In this document: positions 47,344 to 61,549 of the stretch, in pieces
How the letters are laid out: every line of letters begins with the position of its first letter
Numbering within the stretch: position 1 is the stretch's first letter
The notes under the pieces: generated by a model
Seen by the model: only the letters and a program-made list of their open reading frames with translations
The model's database searches: none
Told to the model about the DNA's origin: nothing
NCBI GenBank assembly: GCA_031835245.2
Contig: JAVKOQ020000099.1
Location: 1 to 64,000, forward strand
Direction: 5' to 3'
Source: Balamuthia mandrillaris
Taxonomy: Eukaryota
Length of the DNA: 64,000 nt
Position numbers and translations under genes: made by a program

Positions 47344-48169
47344 ACCGATAGCAAAGGGGTGCAACAATAGGGAAAAAAGTGTTCACTCTCAAAGGGGTGG
47401 AACAATAGGGAAAGTTGCAATTTATAAGAATGTCTGCCTGCACCCCTCCAAGGTGTCCAGGAGATATGCATACACATCGCACACAGTACTACTGATGAGC
47501 AGCGTAAAGCAGTTTTCAGGCGAGTTTTCTGGTAAGTCAAAAAATAAGCACATTTATCAATGCAGAGAATAAACAAGCAAGTCTATCAGAAGAAACCACG
47601 TACAAACTCTCTATTTCTTCTGCAGGGCTAGCCTTACTGTCTTCTCGGTATATTTCTACCGTAAGCCCGTCCATGGATAGGTTGGGCACACCTCTGATAC
47701 GGATAACAATATCAGGACCCCTCTCGAGTTCTTTGCGGAGACTGGCGTTCTCTTCTCTGAGGGAAGTTATCTCCTGGGCCTGGCTACTCGCTTCAAAACT
47801 TTGCTTTTTGAACTTCCAAAAGTCCTCCATCGAAATGGAGAGCTGTCGTTTCTGCTCTCCCTCCATGTTGTTATCGATTGTGCGCTCGCTCGATTGTTTT
47901 ATGAAGAGGAACCAGCAAGTTGCCAACCCTAAATTTTTATATTTCAATTTCAAAGTTCCAGCAGAGGCGGCAATCAGGCCGATCAATGGAAACAAGGCTG
48001 TTGCTCAATAAAAGGTGAACGACGAGCAACCAAAGTTTATTCGCAGCAGGACCATTCAGTTCCCCACCGCTTCGCAGACTTGGGAGAATGTCTTGTGTTG
48101 GCGGGAACAAAGAGCGGCCAGTTTAGTATTTTGAGAGCGTCAACCAACTGCTCGAAGAAGCATACTGAT

Positions 48170-48256
48170 AAATGAGTGGAAGCTGAGGCAAGTGTATTTA
48201 TGATTCCTGCATCCAAGCTCACCAACCACTGCCACTACCACCTTATCAGTAGACGT
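48170..48256 (-). repeat. Short duplicate of the DOCK gene's last codons and proximal 3' UTR (50209-50302)
   Basis: Shared ATTCCTGCAT.CAAGCT..CCAACCACTGCCACTACC..CTTATCAGTAGACG. Confidence 0.8.
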
Positions 48257-48448
48257 ACCAGACCATTGCGCGTTGGTCACTGCGCTGCGGGCGAGGAATG
48301 CGGCATACCGTGTTTGTAATGTCGGCCAAGGGAGTGCGGCCGCTGGTCGTTCGGGCGTTCTTGTGGGTCATTTTCGGTTTCTCCCGGTGTTTACTGCTGC
48401 CTTGGGAGTTGACTCGAGGAGTGACTGGGGGGGGGGGGGGGCCAGGGC

Positions 48449-49027
48449 CTATTTTGCGGATGGGCGATCCTCCGGGCTGTATGCGCAACACATCTCCACC
48501 AACTTCCACAGTGCCCGTTCTTCTGCTCCGGCCCCTGCACGCCCGGCCTTCACGCCCTCCAACATGGACTTCAAGGTGCGACCAAAGCTCCACATATCCA
48601 GCTTCTCGCAAGCCTCCACTCCTTCTTCTTCTTCTCCCTCTTCATCTGTGTCGTCCAGGTGGCGCAGCTCGGGAGCCATGAAGGAGTCCGTGCCCACTGC
48701 AACACTCAACCAAGTGCCTGCTGGCCTGCTCACCCCAAAATCTGCCAAGAAGACCTTACTTTCTCCCTGCTTGCCCCAGCCCTCCCGTTCGTCATCTCCG
48801 TGCTGCTGGCACGGAAGAGGGAGCAAAAGGTTGGCTGGCTTCATGTCCAAATGGACCACTCTCTGCTTGACGTGCAGCACGTGCAATGTTTCCAACAGAC
48901 TGAGTGCTATTTCTCTCACTCTCCCCAGGTACATTCTTGTGGGAGGAGGATGGTGGGAATGGGAGGAGGAGGCGGGATTTTTGGCTGGAAAGCATCGGGT
49001 CAAAGGGAAAAGGCGGGGCATGACCAA
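48449..49027 (-). pseudogene. Protein kinase C-lobe fragment (no N-lobe found)
   Basis: VVHLDMKPANLLL, LADFG, GTDSFMAPEL, DMWSFG and RPSA are present. No Gly-rich loop or VAIK is seen upstream. Confidence 0.7.
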
Positions 49028-49853
49028 GGCAGACTGAAATGATTCGGCATCGGAGAGACGTCTCCTCTTCGTTCAGCCCTCCAACTCGGAAAGGATAGTT
49101 CGAGGTAATTTCAATGACTTTGCTGCGTAAAAGGGACATATTGGTCGCGCATGTGAAGTCTCTGGCCGCCTTCACCGTGAACGCTTCCAACTTCTCATCC
49201 TCTTCTGCAACGCACTCCCAGAATGAGCGTGCTGTAACAATGTCCTCTGGGCGTTGCGCTGCGTTTTCAGGCCTTGAGGAACCACCAGGAGGCCGGCAAA
49301 GATAGCGCGCAATCACCTCGCTGACCTTCTTGCTTTCTTCGTATTCCCCGGTCTGTAAGTAGTTTTCTTCCAGCTGCTTGAGACTCAGTAAACTCGCTGT
49401 CATACTGCGTTTCTGTAGTAGGTTTGTTGGATGGAATTTCCTTCTCCTCCCTTCCCTGGGCTGGTGAGTCAGCTGGTCTGGGCGATACTCTTGGCGGTGG
49501 ACTTGGTTTGTCCTCCTCAGGATCACCTACTTTATGCTTCGGCTCCTTTCCCTCTGGCTTGTTGCCAAGTGTGTGCTTCTGAGCCTTCCCTCGTTTTTTT
49601 TTTTTTTTGGTTCTTTCTTTTTGCTAGCCTCGGTTTGTCTCTACGGGGCCGACCACTTTCTTCAGAGCTGAACTGTAGCATGGTTTTCTCTCTCACAACC
49701 AAGATTTCGGTTGGTTGGTGCGTTTGTTTGTTGTTTGTGTGCGAAGAGGCGCATCTGAAATAATTTATTTTTGGCGGCAATTGTTTTCTTGGAAAAATTG
49801 CAAACAGCTTGCGACACGACTTTAGTACCGATCCTTATGATCCGAGCAGGCCC

Positions 49854-50095
49854 TTAAAAGTCACTTGAGTATCCCACAAATGAAAGTTCTTGCGAGTATG
49901 CGGTGATGAGGTTGGCTAGAGGACAACAGAAACGCCCATCCACTTCTTCCTATCAGCGCAAACCCATTGGCTCCGTCGGGCAACACTACTCCGAAGAATG
50001 TTGCGTGCTCCATTGTTCTTGGCAAAACGCAGCGGTGACCACCATAAAGTCTTGCATCCGTGCGAACCAGTTTTGCAGTGCTATCGTACTCCAGC
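49854..50095 (-). mobile_element. Relic Fanzor-like C-terminus plus structured right end (copy B of the 23484-23613 element)
   Basis: Minus frame GVR*HCKTGSHGCKTLWWSPLRFAKNNGARNILRSS runs directly into the 130-nt conserved structured segment. Confidence 0.55.
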
Positions 50096-50284
50096 CTCTT
50101 CCTTGAGAGCTTGACGTTTTATTGTATCTCCTTGGAAAGAGTCGCAAAATGACTTGTTTTGTGGATAAAATGTGTTCCTGCAAAGAGAACCTTGTGTTGG
50201 TACAAAACATGAAAGAAACTGATGCGAGTGTATAAACTATTCCTGCATTCAAGCTATCCAACCAACCACTGCCACTACCCACCA

Positions 50285-52543
50285 CTACTTATCAGTAGAC
50301 GAAAGGAAGGGCATCATTTCATCACGAAGGGACTCATATCCCTTTTGCAGCTCCTCCTGGAAAGTGACCTGATCCGTTGTGATGATGGCCTTGTTGAGCT
50401 CAAGTGCTCGCTCGCATGCCCGCAGGAAACGCTGCAGGCTAAGACGCAACTGCGCTATCTTTTCAGGCTCGTACTGGGAGGCATTGCTGCCGAGGAACGC
50501 CTTGCATATTTCCAGCGGACCCGCGTGCACCTCTGTTATCAGAGGATTGGTCTTAGTCTCAGCAACAAAAAGTATGAAAATGGTTGTGTTGGGGAGAGAG
50601 AGAGAGAGAGAGAAGAGAGAGAGAAGAGAGGGCGGCGATGCGAGCGGAAGAACAAAAACAGAAAGAAAAAGACGTACGGAGACGGACAGAGCCTTGCAAG
50701 AGGGCCTGCAGGGTCTTGGAGTTGGGAGGCTGCGCCCGCAACTGGGCCACAAGTAACGCCGTGCGGGAGGTTATATTCTCCAAAGAGTTCTCGATAGGAG
50801 TCAGATTAATTTCCTCCTTCTTGGCCACCGGCAACCGCTTCTTCACGTACGGGAACGAGCTATCCACCGTCAATATGGTCTTTCGTTTGTGTTGCTCCGC
50901 CACATTGCTGGCCTGAGCACTTTTACCAAGGGTGAAAGGCGTATCGAAGATAAATTGGTCTGTTAAAATTTATGAATTTGTGGGTGAAGCAAATTGATAA
51001 GTAAACAAACGTGAAAAGAAGAAGAAGAAGAAGAAGAAGAAGAAGAAGAAGAAACAACTTACTCAGATTATTGTTACGCTCATAGTAGGTGAGGCGAGAG
51101 GCAGATTCCTTTGCGTCAAAGTATGGGTCAACAGAGGTTATCTGGATATAGCAGAGGGAAGGATCCAGCTTGGAACGGTCCACAGCGCCAGAGTCAGTCC
51201 AGATAGAGACCTTGTTCTCTCCTAGACGAGAGGTATAGAGCTCAACGAGCCGATCCTTGATTTCCACGAGACGAGTAATCTTGGGCTCCTTATAAATGAA
51301 CTCCTTACCATCCAGCTCCTCAAAGCCTGCTCCAAAGAAGGCAACTCGGTAATAGCTGCCCAACATGCGGCCTTGCGTTTGCTCCGCTGTTACAATTTGC
51401 TTAAAGACGTGTTGAAGGTCTTCATGGCAATCGGCAAGGGCTTTGTAGTCGCGGTTGGCCTCGTGCATTGGTATCAGCAACTTGTAGAGCTCATTAGCGG
51501 TCTCGTAAAGCTCTGCCTTTTTAAGATTGTCGATGGCTTCGTACATAATCTTGGTAAGGCCTATTTCGGTGAACAAGTTGGACTCGCACACACCTTCATC
51601 ACCCTTTCAGTGCCATGTTGGTTAGTACTGAGAGCGAATGTATGTGAGAATTAATATAATAAAGCTAACAACGCACCACGCTTGATATCTCAGCGAGAGC
51701 TTCCTCCAGAGCATTTGGCGTAATTCCCACAAAACTGCGACAACCATCCGGCAAATTTGGTTTCCGTACGTAGGCATTCTCCAAGTCCTCATCAGCGAGA
51801 CTGGCAAGAGATGATCCGCTAGATCCTCGTGAAAGAATCTGAGAACCACTGGAGCTTTCTAAAGGTGGTGCGCCACTACCAGAATTCTTCATGTGGAGGT
51901 ACTCCGCAATAAGGGCAGCTATGTGCAGCGTGCATTGTCCGGCCTCTGCCCAATTCTTCCTTGCCTGTGAGGAGGTACAACGAAGACGAAAAAGTGTGTT
52001 AGTAGAAAATAGTGCCTCTATTTTCATACGGCCAAAAGAAGTCTGCGTTCCTCACCTTGTCCGCATGGAAATTGGCCAAGTTGATCAACCAGGTTACGCG
52101 AAGATCGGGCGTGTTTGCATAGCTCTTGGAGATACGATAGTACAAGTCGGCCATCATTTCGGGGTCGTTATCGTATTGGTTTATCTTGACGGAATCACGA
52201 AGGATGGTATGAAGTCTGTCGCACAGCTCCTCCACCTGCTGCGCAAATGGTTTTCCAGAGCTAGTGATGTCTGCTTTGTCCAGTTGTGCGAATTGGGAAA
52301 TAAGAGAGAGAGAACGTCTCAAGTTGGTATCGTCCTGTCAACAAAGTATGTGGAAACAATTTATAAGATATCTTGAAAAAGCTTGGGCCGTGGAAAAGAA
52401 CACATACCTTGATACCCTGACCCACGAGATAGGATAGGGCAATTGTAGTCTGCACCTTGACTCGAGTAAAGTTTTTGCGAACCTCTTCAATGTTTTTCTT
52501 TGTTTGTGTTTCAGTTGAGGATCAAGCTCGGAGAACACAGGAC

Positions 52544-52588
<45 letters not shown>

Positions 52589-53223
52589 CTATGATAGTAC
52601 ACAAACCTTCATAAGCAAATATACAAAGGCGCTTGCTTCTTCTCTTGTCAACGGCGAGTTGAAATTACAGTGGCTGAGAACGACTGGGCATAACTCAGCA
52701 CAAAAGGCAGTGTTGCTGTAAAACAACAACTTGGCAAATTTGTGCACGAACGAGCGGAGAACAGCATAGAGATGAGTGTAAACCGTTTCGCTTTGGTTGT
52801 TCTTCAAAAGAGCCATTAATAATGCAAAGACGCGGTCCATTAATACTTGGCCTGGGCCAACCGTAGTTCCAGTGCTGACGAGCTCTTTCTTGAAACAATG
52901 AATAAACTCTTCAGCGACATCCAAGACTGTCAAGCTTACTTCTGTGCTAAGATTACTTTCCTATAAAAGGTATGAGATTCTTGCAAAGTTAACACAGACT
53001 ACTGCAGTTCTTAAGATTACGAAGAACACAAAGGAGAAGGGTGAGTACGCACGATTTCTGGATAGAAAGTATATTGTGGCTCCGTTGAAGCGGCTTGTTT
53101 GTTGTTTCTTTTCTCTAGAGTACGTCGGAACTGTCTTTGCTCTCCTTCCTTGGCTGTGAAGTATAAATTGGAAAACGTCAATGATAGGACAGAGAAAATG
53201 ACGAGTGAAGACGCAGAGAGCGA

Positions 53224-53265
<42 letters not shown>

Positions 53266-56200
53266 GGGAAAGGGGTTCAACCTTGTGCCTGAGCTCTTGC
53301 TCGTTTTTCCCGCAAACTAGCATAACGTGTACCTCTGATCTGGGCACGAGCTCCACCACCAGACACATCTGTGTAAAAGCTCTCCAAGGCAGCCTTTGTG
53401 CTGCTAGCAGAGGTATTGACCTGACTGGCAGTCATACGTTTCTCCAGCTTCTTTTTGCCAATGTACTGGAATGTGTCCACACAAAGCTTCAGAGTGTCTA
53501 AAAATAGAAGAATGTGAGAACGGGACTCCTTCTTCCACCAATCTTTCTTCAAGGCTGGATCGGCGTGCTTCAACACCCACAACCATGCTATCAGAAGGTT
53601 TCGGCGCTCGTCCAAGTCTCGCAATTCATAAGTTTCCGTGTGTGGAAGTATCATCGCCACAAATGGGAAATAGGTATTGGCAATGCGGGAGAGCAGAACC
53701 GGCTTGGAAGCGTAACGTTCGTCTATGCAATGAGAGATGATCAACTTACGGACCGTTTCAACAGCCTGTCGCAAGTTAAGGGAATTAGGAACCCTCTCTT
53801 GTGAAGCTCCATAAAACGTCAAACATTACCTTACTTCGAATTTGTTTCTCAGGGTGATCAACGTACAAAGAGGCGTGCTCGATGAGCAACCCCGCCATGA
53901 AGTGTTTTTGCCTTCAAAAGACAAAATTAATAAAAACAGTAAGTATTTTGAGGCACAAATTAAATAAAACGTTGTGAATACGAACTTGAACTCTTCCAGC
54001 AGTGAAGAGATAGCCTTGAGGGGTTTAGGTGGCAGCGGAAGATTCAGTGGCACAAAATGCTCGTATTGCGAAATGAGCTGCAAGAAACTGAGTTTCATGT
54101 CTACAAATACAACTTCACCATCAGAACCATTAGGCACCAAGCTCTCAAGCATGCGTGCAATCTGAAACGAGCAACAACAATATTTCGTCAGGTTTAGAAA
54201 GTTGCTTTAGCGGGCCAGACAAAAATGATATGCGTACGATTCCACAGACAACTCCCCTATCAATGAGGGAAAGCAAGTCACGCAAGAACATGGCAATGTC
54301 CAGGTTAAGCGCTTTGGCGAGTGTAAGGCCGAAACGTTTGCCCTGCTGGAGTTCGTGGGTAAACAAAACCATCAAGCTTCGTAAGTCGCGCATGAAGCTT
54401 TCGCTGATCCGCTTGTGGCGGGGTGTGCTATCTCCGCCTTTTGAACGCTTCACTCGTAGAACCATGCTCCGATAGGACACGCTGAAAAAGAACCATGCAA
54501 AGTGAATCAGCTTTTCTCGTAGCTCTCCTTGCGACTTCAACAGCGTGTCCACCCAGAAACGTAATATCTGCTCGTAGGGATAGACGGAACATCCCTCTAC
54601 ATTTTCAAATGCATACGTTGCATAAGTGCGCAGCATATCTGCGATATCACATTCGCGGTTCACACTAATAGTAATTGGGTGGTTAGACGTTGAGCGTGAG
54701 AGGGAGAGATTGAGTACGTTACTTGGAAATGAGTGACAATAAGGTGGAAAACGCTTCGGCTTGAACAGGTGGAGGCCCAACACACATTATACGGAACAAC
54801 TGGTTGAATACAATGGGCAAAAACTGGATGATCTTGAAAGGATGGACTTTGCTCAGCGCGGTAACAGCCTGCGAAACGGGATAACAAAAGTTTAGCATTA
54901 CAACAAGGAATTCTTTAACAACAATGCTTTTTGATACCTGAGCCAAGGTAGTGTCTCCTTTTTTGGTAGAGGAGAGATTGTCCAGTTGGGCAAAGAATTT
55001 GTTAAGCTTGACATCTTGGGTGTACAAAGACGATACCAGCTTCAGGCGGAACTTGAAAAGAGTCTTTCTGTTGTCAATCCATTTTAATTCATCTTGCACC
55101 TCTGGAGTTAAGTAACCAGGGGTCAGGTTCAGAGCAACTGGAAGTGCGTGTTCCTTGCCGACAAATCTTTATTGTTAGTGGAGATAGAGCACGTTAGTGC
55201 ATCGCTAGGATACAAAGGTGAGAAATGGGACTTACTTGTCCTGCGTATACAAAGGCAGAAAAGCATATCCAACAATCTTTTTCTGCAATAGTAATAGAAA
55301 AATCAGATTGCTACCAGGGAAGAGGTGGAAGAGGAGAAGAAGAGATACCTCGATGGGTTGGTCTTTGCTCTTTGTGGGCTGGCAACTGACATGGTAGAAC
55401 GAAAAGAGTAAATGATGTGAACCAGTCAGAGTAGCTGGCAGCTGCACTTTAAACTCATCGTAATAGACAGGATTTTTGTTGTGGTAGTTGATAGAGCTCC
55501 ACATGTCCTGCTGCAAACCTACTCCACGCTGGGGCATGCCAGAATCACCATGAGCATAGATGGCCTGTACAATTATGATATATGAGTTAAGCTTCTAAAG
55601 AAAGACAGAGTATATGAGTTGAACGGGTACCTTCAAAGCAATGCTGTCGTTTTCGGGATCAGAATCCATGTCGAGCAATTGTACGCGGATGGCGATATTA
55701 CGGGCATTGAGATTGGCACACTCTGGATAAATGTAAAGGTTGTTTACAAAAGTGGTGCGAGGAGCAAGCCACGGGGTCAGAGGAAATTCTTGTATTTCTA
55801 GTATTACATCCTGCATTCACAGAGGGTAGACGAGTATCGGGAGGTTAGGGAAAGGAATAAAAAATAGACAGGAAGGCTTACTTCGTCTTCACTTGAGTTC
55901 TCGGGTTTCAGTGGAATTAGAGATGGGTTGAGTTTGCCTTGTAGGTTGGATGAATAATCAACCACAACGTCTTCTGTTACTTCCTCTTCTTTGCCCTCCT
56001 CCTTCGCATCCTCCTCTTTTTCAACTTCTTTCACAAATCCAACCTCTACAACGTCTACTACACACGAACCAGGCATTACTTTCATGCGCTTAGAGCCTGT
56101 CGACTGTATAAATTATGAGTTCTAGTGTTGACAAGCAAAATGCAGAGAGGGAGAGAGAGAGAGAGATGTGCCTTGGACTGCTCTTTCCAACTTGCCAAGA

Positions 56201-56874
56201 AGTTGCTATCGCTAACATCGCTCTTTTGCCTATAAATAGGAGAGAATGTGGTGCTTTTGCCAACTTGAAGCTCTCCGTCCTCATTGAAAAGAGGAATGAT
56301 ACTCCAAGCCATTGGCTGTCGGAAGCTGCCCAATCGCTTGCATGCATCTTTAGCCTGAGCTTCAAGCCTTTCCTTGTCTTTATCTTTCAACTGATGAGCG
56401 TAAAATGTAAGTTTTTTCCAGTGTAAACGAGTGAAGATAGGAAGTACTGAGAATACCGTTTCATATTTAATGTAAGGCTCTGTGCAAGCTTCAATTTCGC
56501 CCTGTAGCACCTTCTCTATGCGTAGGACAAGATAGCAATCTTCAGAGGGGCTTGATATGGAGAAGATGGCGCTCTTGGCAATTGGTCCTTTCACAGCATC
56601 CTTTTGTAATATAGTGATATTAGTATAGCTTCAAACCAACAAGACAACTTTGGATTCCTGGACGTCACTTCATTATGTTCAGCAATGAGCCCGTTTGATT
56701 CGGAGGAATTGACGTTGAAGTAGTAATTCTCCGATATTCTGCGCTTGTTGGTCATGCTGTAAACCGCCAAAATGCCAAACACAGGCTCCAAATCGCCCAG
56801 TGAGAAGGAGATGCTCTTTGGCGTCACCATTATTTTCCTTATACTATTGTGGTTGAAACGAGATCGTGTTAAGA

Positions 56875-56908
<34 letters not shown>

Positions 56909-57401
56909 AGATAACAAAAGGTCATCAAAAGACATACCCTCTTTGAACATCTGAGAAAGGTTTGGCTGGAATGGTAGCTTGTGCGCGGCCCAGAGAATTG
57001 CCTTCTGTCAGCGCTTTTGTGAAGAGGTCAAACAGGCCTAACCTGGTTTTGTTCTGAGAGGAAAGTAAATACCATGTGCACGAGAGTGAGAGAGAGAGAG
57101 AGAGAACAATTGTGGCGAGCACATGTATACATACCCTCGCCTCAGCATTTTCGGCATCGGTTACCTTCTTGTTATACTCAGCAAGCAACTTTAGGTTTGG
57201 TGGTTTGTTTGCATCTTCCTTCGCACGAACCTCGCTGCCGCTCCCCTCATCATCAGTATTAGGTGTAGAAGATACTGAGGAGCCCCTTCTTCGGTGTGTC
57301 TTTTTGACCTTTTCTTTTTCCTTCCCTTTCTCTTCAGCCTTTGCACCCTTGCCTGCTTTGTTTCAAAAAAGGAGATATAAACATTTGAGCAAACGAGAGA
57401 G

Positions 57402-57442
<41 letters not shown>

Positions 57443-58227
57443 AGAAAGAGAAAGAGAAAGAGAAAAAGAAAAAAGAGAAAAAGAAACGACGAAAGAGAAA
57501 CGACGAAAGAGAAACGACGAAAGAGAAAGAGAAAGAGAAAGAACCTTTAGCGGTGACCTTGCCCTTGGCGTCAATGGTCTCGTATTTCTGTTTAGGAAGA
57601 GAGCGAAGCGCCTTGGCATCAACGGCATTACCAAAGTCAAGTTCCGTTTTGGCGTACTTCCTCTTCACTACCGTCCAGTCCTTCGAAAAAAAGTCGATGC
57701 AGTCACGAAGATAGGCGCGCGGCATGTCCTTTGCCGTAACTCCCTCCTTTGGATTGTTTGAAACAGGGCATGGAGTAAATAAGGCTGTTGTTGCTCGAAG
57801 AAGAGAGTGGAAGGAGAGGAGACTACGTACGGGCACGGTTGGTTTGGTGGTTGTGCATTCCCTTGGGACCGTTTCCACCTCCACGTCATCGGGCGGAAGG
57901 CGTAAGATTTCTTGCAATGGGTCTTTTCTTACTTCATCCGATTGTGCCAACTTCTCAAAGTCAAACATAAGGCCATCATCTTTGCCATCCTGGATCTATT
58001 TTATTTGTTAAAGCAGGAGGTTGTGAGAAGAATGGAGCGAGAGAGCGAACCTTGGTAACAGCGTCGACGACCTCGGCGGGCAGCGCGTCTTCTTTCTTCT
58101 TGGCCAGGCCTTTCTTCTTCTTCTCGGTGGCCGAAGTTTCTTGTTCGGTAGGCATGCCTTCGAAAGAACCACTCTTCCTGCTTCCCCGCGAGTAGCGCCG
58201 TCTGATCTGCTTCGTCACACTGGACAT
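50285..58227 (-). CDS. DOCK-family GEF (DOCK-C/D, zizimin-like) with DHR-1 and DHR-2 domains, multi-exon
   Basis: LEPVFGILAVY..ISENYYF, YLVLRIEKVLQG, FVNNLYIYP, YHNKNPVYYDEFK, PDLRVTWL, YYRVAFFG..EFIYKEP, FPYVKKR, LQALLQGSV and VHAGPLEI. Confidence 0.93.
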
Positions 58228-59040
58228 CCGCGCACCTGCTGCTGCTTGTTGTGGTCAGGGCGGTCTCTCTGGCCAGAAGAGCTGTTACAAGGCGTAGTGG
58301 CGAAAAGGTAAACGGTTCTGTCGTTCGCTGCACCGCCGCCGCCACCGCCACTACTTTTTGTTCGCACGAATAGCTGGAGCCCTTTCTCCTACTTACCGCC
58401 TCTACTTTGCTCTACTTTTTTTTTGTGGTCTTCCTTCCCTCGTTCGTTCCACTCCCCAAACAAGCTTGTTGCGTGGAGTGGTTGGTGTGGTGGGAACAGC
58501 TGGGCCGAAAAAAAAAACGACGACTCTACTTATTTTTTTTTTATTTCCTTCCCCCTTTTTGCTGCGCAAATTATTGCCCCTGCGTTGCTTGATGCAATGC
58601 AATTAAACAAAAAATGCGGGTGGGCGGGAAGACCCTCACCCTCAAGAGAAAGAAAGGGGCGGGGACGTAACATCAAAGGAGGGGGCGAGGGGGAAGAAAA
58701 GCAAACTTATTTCATAATAATAATAATAATATCATTTTTGTTGAGAGGCTGAAAGGGTAAGGAGAGGCACAAGGCTAATATTAAAAATAGAATAAAATTA
58801 TTAAAAAAATAAGAGGGTTGGTGGCGGTGGGTCTTTGTGAATAGAGCGTGGCGCTGCCTCCGTGAAGGGTTTTGAAGGGGGTTGCTGTTTGGGGGCCGTT
58901 GGAGGCATGTCACGCTCATCGTCCAGCGGAAGCTATTTTACAATCACGAATAATATTTCTATGGTTACCTGTTTGTTTGTGGTTGCTCATTTTGTTGTTT
59001 TGTTATTATTGCCCCCTCCTTTTCTTCTAGTTCAAAATGT

Positions 59041-60727
59041 TTAGGCCCAGATCTGTTGTGGTAAAGCAAAGGACAAAGAGTAAGCGTAACTATTCCGAGA
59101 AAAAAGAGGCAAAAAGAAAAAAAGTCCATGGAGAAAACAAACCTTGAGCAAACTATCCCAGCTTCCTGTACAAAGGGCCATACCATCAGAGGACACACCA
59201 AGGCAGCTTACACGGTTGTCATGGGCTTGCAAGCTACCAATCCATTCTCCCTTAAGGGTATCCCACACGTTACAGTTGAAGTCGTCATAGCCAGCAAAGA
59301 AGTATCGGCCGCTCTTAGAAAAGGCGACTGAGGTAATGCCGCAAAGGATGTTGTCATGAGTGTAGCGCATAAGCTCTCTGTCGGAACGGATATCAAAGAG
59401 ACGGCAAGAGGCGTCGTCGGAGCCTGTTCCGAAGCTGAGACCGTTGGGGAAGTATTGAACGGCGTTAATGTCGGACTCGTGGCCCTGGAAGGTTTGGGTG
59501 CATTTGCCACTTCGGACGTCCCACAGTTTGGCGGTGGCGTCACAAGCGCCCGAAATGAAGTAGTTTTGTTTGTCTGGAATGATGGAGACGCTACACAAAA
59601 GAAAAATATGTAAGTAAAGAGAAGCGAAACAGAGGGCAAAGAGAGATAGAGGGGGAAAAAAAGGAAGCAAGCATAAAGGAATATCAAACCTCATAACATC
59701 TCCGTTGTGTTCGACAAATTCTGTGACCTTAGTGCCCGCCTCAATATCCCACAAAAGACAAGTCATATCACCAGAACTGGTGACGATGTTGCGGTCATCG
59801 AAGAAGCGGCAACAAGACAAATAACCGGTGTGCGCGTTCAATTCTCGGCAAGCTCGGATGGGGTTATCTCGACTTCGGAGGTTGTAGACAGAGCAAATGT
59901 TGTCTAGACCTCCGCAGGCGACGAACCCACCCGAGGGAGAATAGGCGCAGGTCATCACCCAAGAAGAGCGGAGAGGAATGGCGTGGACCTTGTTTGTGGT
60001 GAGACCGTCCCAAACCAAGAGCTTGCCGTCTTGGGAGGCGCTCACCAAATGTGTCCTGTTCTCGGACCAGTGCATTGCGTATATCTTTGCCAAGTGTCCC
60101 TTAAGCGTCCTTCTTACTTTCATTGTGCAACGCGGCAAAGTTTCTATGTCCTTTGTGAATTGTTTTACTGCGGGCGGTTACAAACAAAATTTGGGTTAGT
60201 CAATCGATTTGAATAAAATTAAAAAAAATCTTGCTCTTCTTTCGCCGCCCCTTTTCTTGGATTACTTTTTTGATTGGAGGCCGTGTTTGACCCCATCAAA
60301 TTGAAGTAATCAAAAACATAAAAAAACACACACAAGATGGGGAAAGGGGAAATTAAAATCCCCCTCCCCCCCCCTCCCCCCTCCCTCCCTTCCAAGTGTG
60401 ACTAATTTGACAGGCTTTACGCATGTTTTTTTTTTTGATTAGCCTTTTTCATCTCCACTTCTTCGGGGTGGGTTGTCTCGCCAAATTGGGGGGAGAAAGG
60501 GGAAGAACGAGCGAGAAGGAAAAAAAAAACAACAAGAGAGAAAGGGAGAGGCGAGAGAAAGAGAAAAAAAAAAGGAGACGATAATAAAACTGAAAAAAAA
60601 CTGAAAAAATAAAACGGAGAATCGTACGTGATGTGTCGTTCATCTCGTCTCGGTTCTTCCTGATTTGCTCATTCATTTTCTCGGCATCTTTCCGTGCCGA
60701 CTGGATCCTCTCCGAAATGTCTCCCAT
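59041..60727 (-). CDS. gpbA: Heterotrimeric G protein beta subunit, multi-exon
   Basis: [12 protein letters not shown].., [40 protein letters not shown] and [21 protein letters not shown]. Confidence 0.96.
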
Positions 60728-61549
60728 CTTGATGCCGATTACTTACAAAAAATAAATTAAGAGAAAGAGTGGGGAAGAAAAAAAAAAGAGGAGCAAAAAA
60801 ATAGGCTGTCTCCAGAGATGCAAAAAAAAGAACAAAAAACAAACAAAAAAAAAAGTTGGCTGAGCAAACAAAAAAAGGGGGACTTGCACCGGCTTTTGCT
60901 TTGCTGCTTCTTTCTCTTTATTTTTTTTGTTTGTTTTAAGGGACGAGGAGTTATGCGCCAATGTTATTCGTTGCGGTCAGCGAAGAGAGAGAGGCAACAG
61001 CAAAAAAAAAAGGGGTCCGCAAACCACCCGCTGCGGCACGCACCGAAAAACAAACAAAGAATAAATAACCACAACCACCGCAAATAAATTGAGGAAATAA
61101 TGGAAAAAATACCAAATATCAACATTAGAATTATGAAACGGCTTTTAAATTGCCTATAGTTACCATAATGGGATTTTAACGGTTAAGCTTGATCGGATCT
61201 GAAGGGAGCTGCGAAACGGGCTGGAGAAAACAACGCCCCAAAACGCGGCAGTTGCTGCGGCAAGGCGACCTGCGCCAAACAACCTCCCTAAATCGCGAGC
61301 TTGATCTCAGAAAACTCCGCCTAAAAGGGATTGGGCGGTTCAAGGGGGTACAACCCTCGAGCAATAACGGCCCAAAAAAGAGGTGCGGGGCAGATCGTCG
61401 CGCCGTTTGGTAAGAGAGTCTGATTGTCCGATTTCGGCTTTCCCCAGAAGAAGCAGCTTCTCCGTTAAAACGCGTTTACTCAACTTTTTTTTTCTTCTTT
61501 ACATGACTTCCTCTTCCCCTTCGTTCCTCGTTCTTCACGCGTTTTCCTG

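Noticed and set aside
47537..47870. Small coiled-coil ORF (MEGEQKRQ...)
   Set aside because: No recognisable domain or support; it lies in a patchwork of relics.
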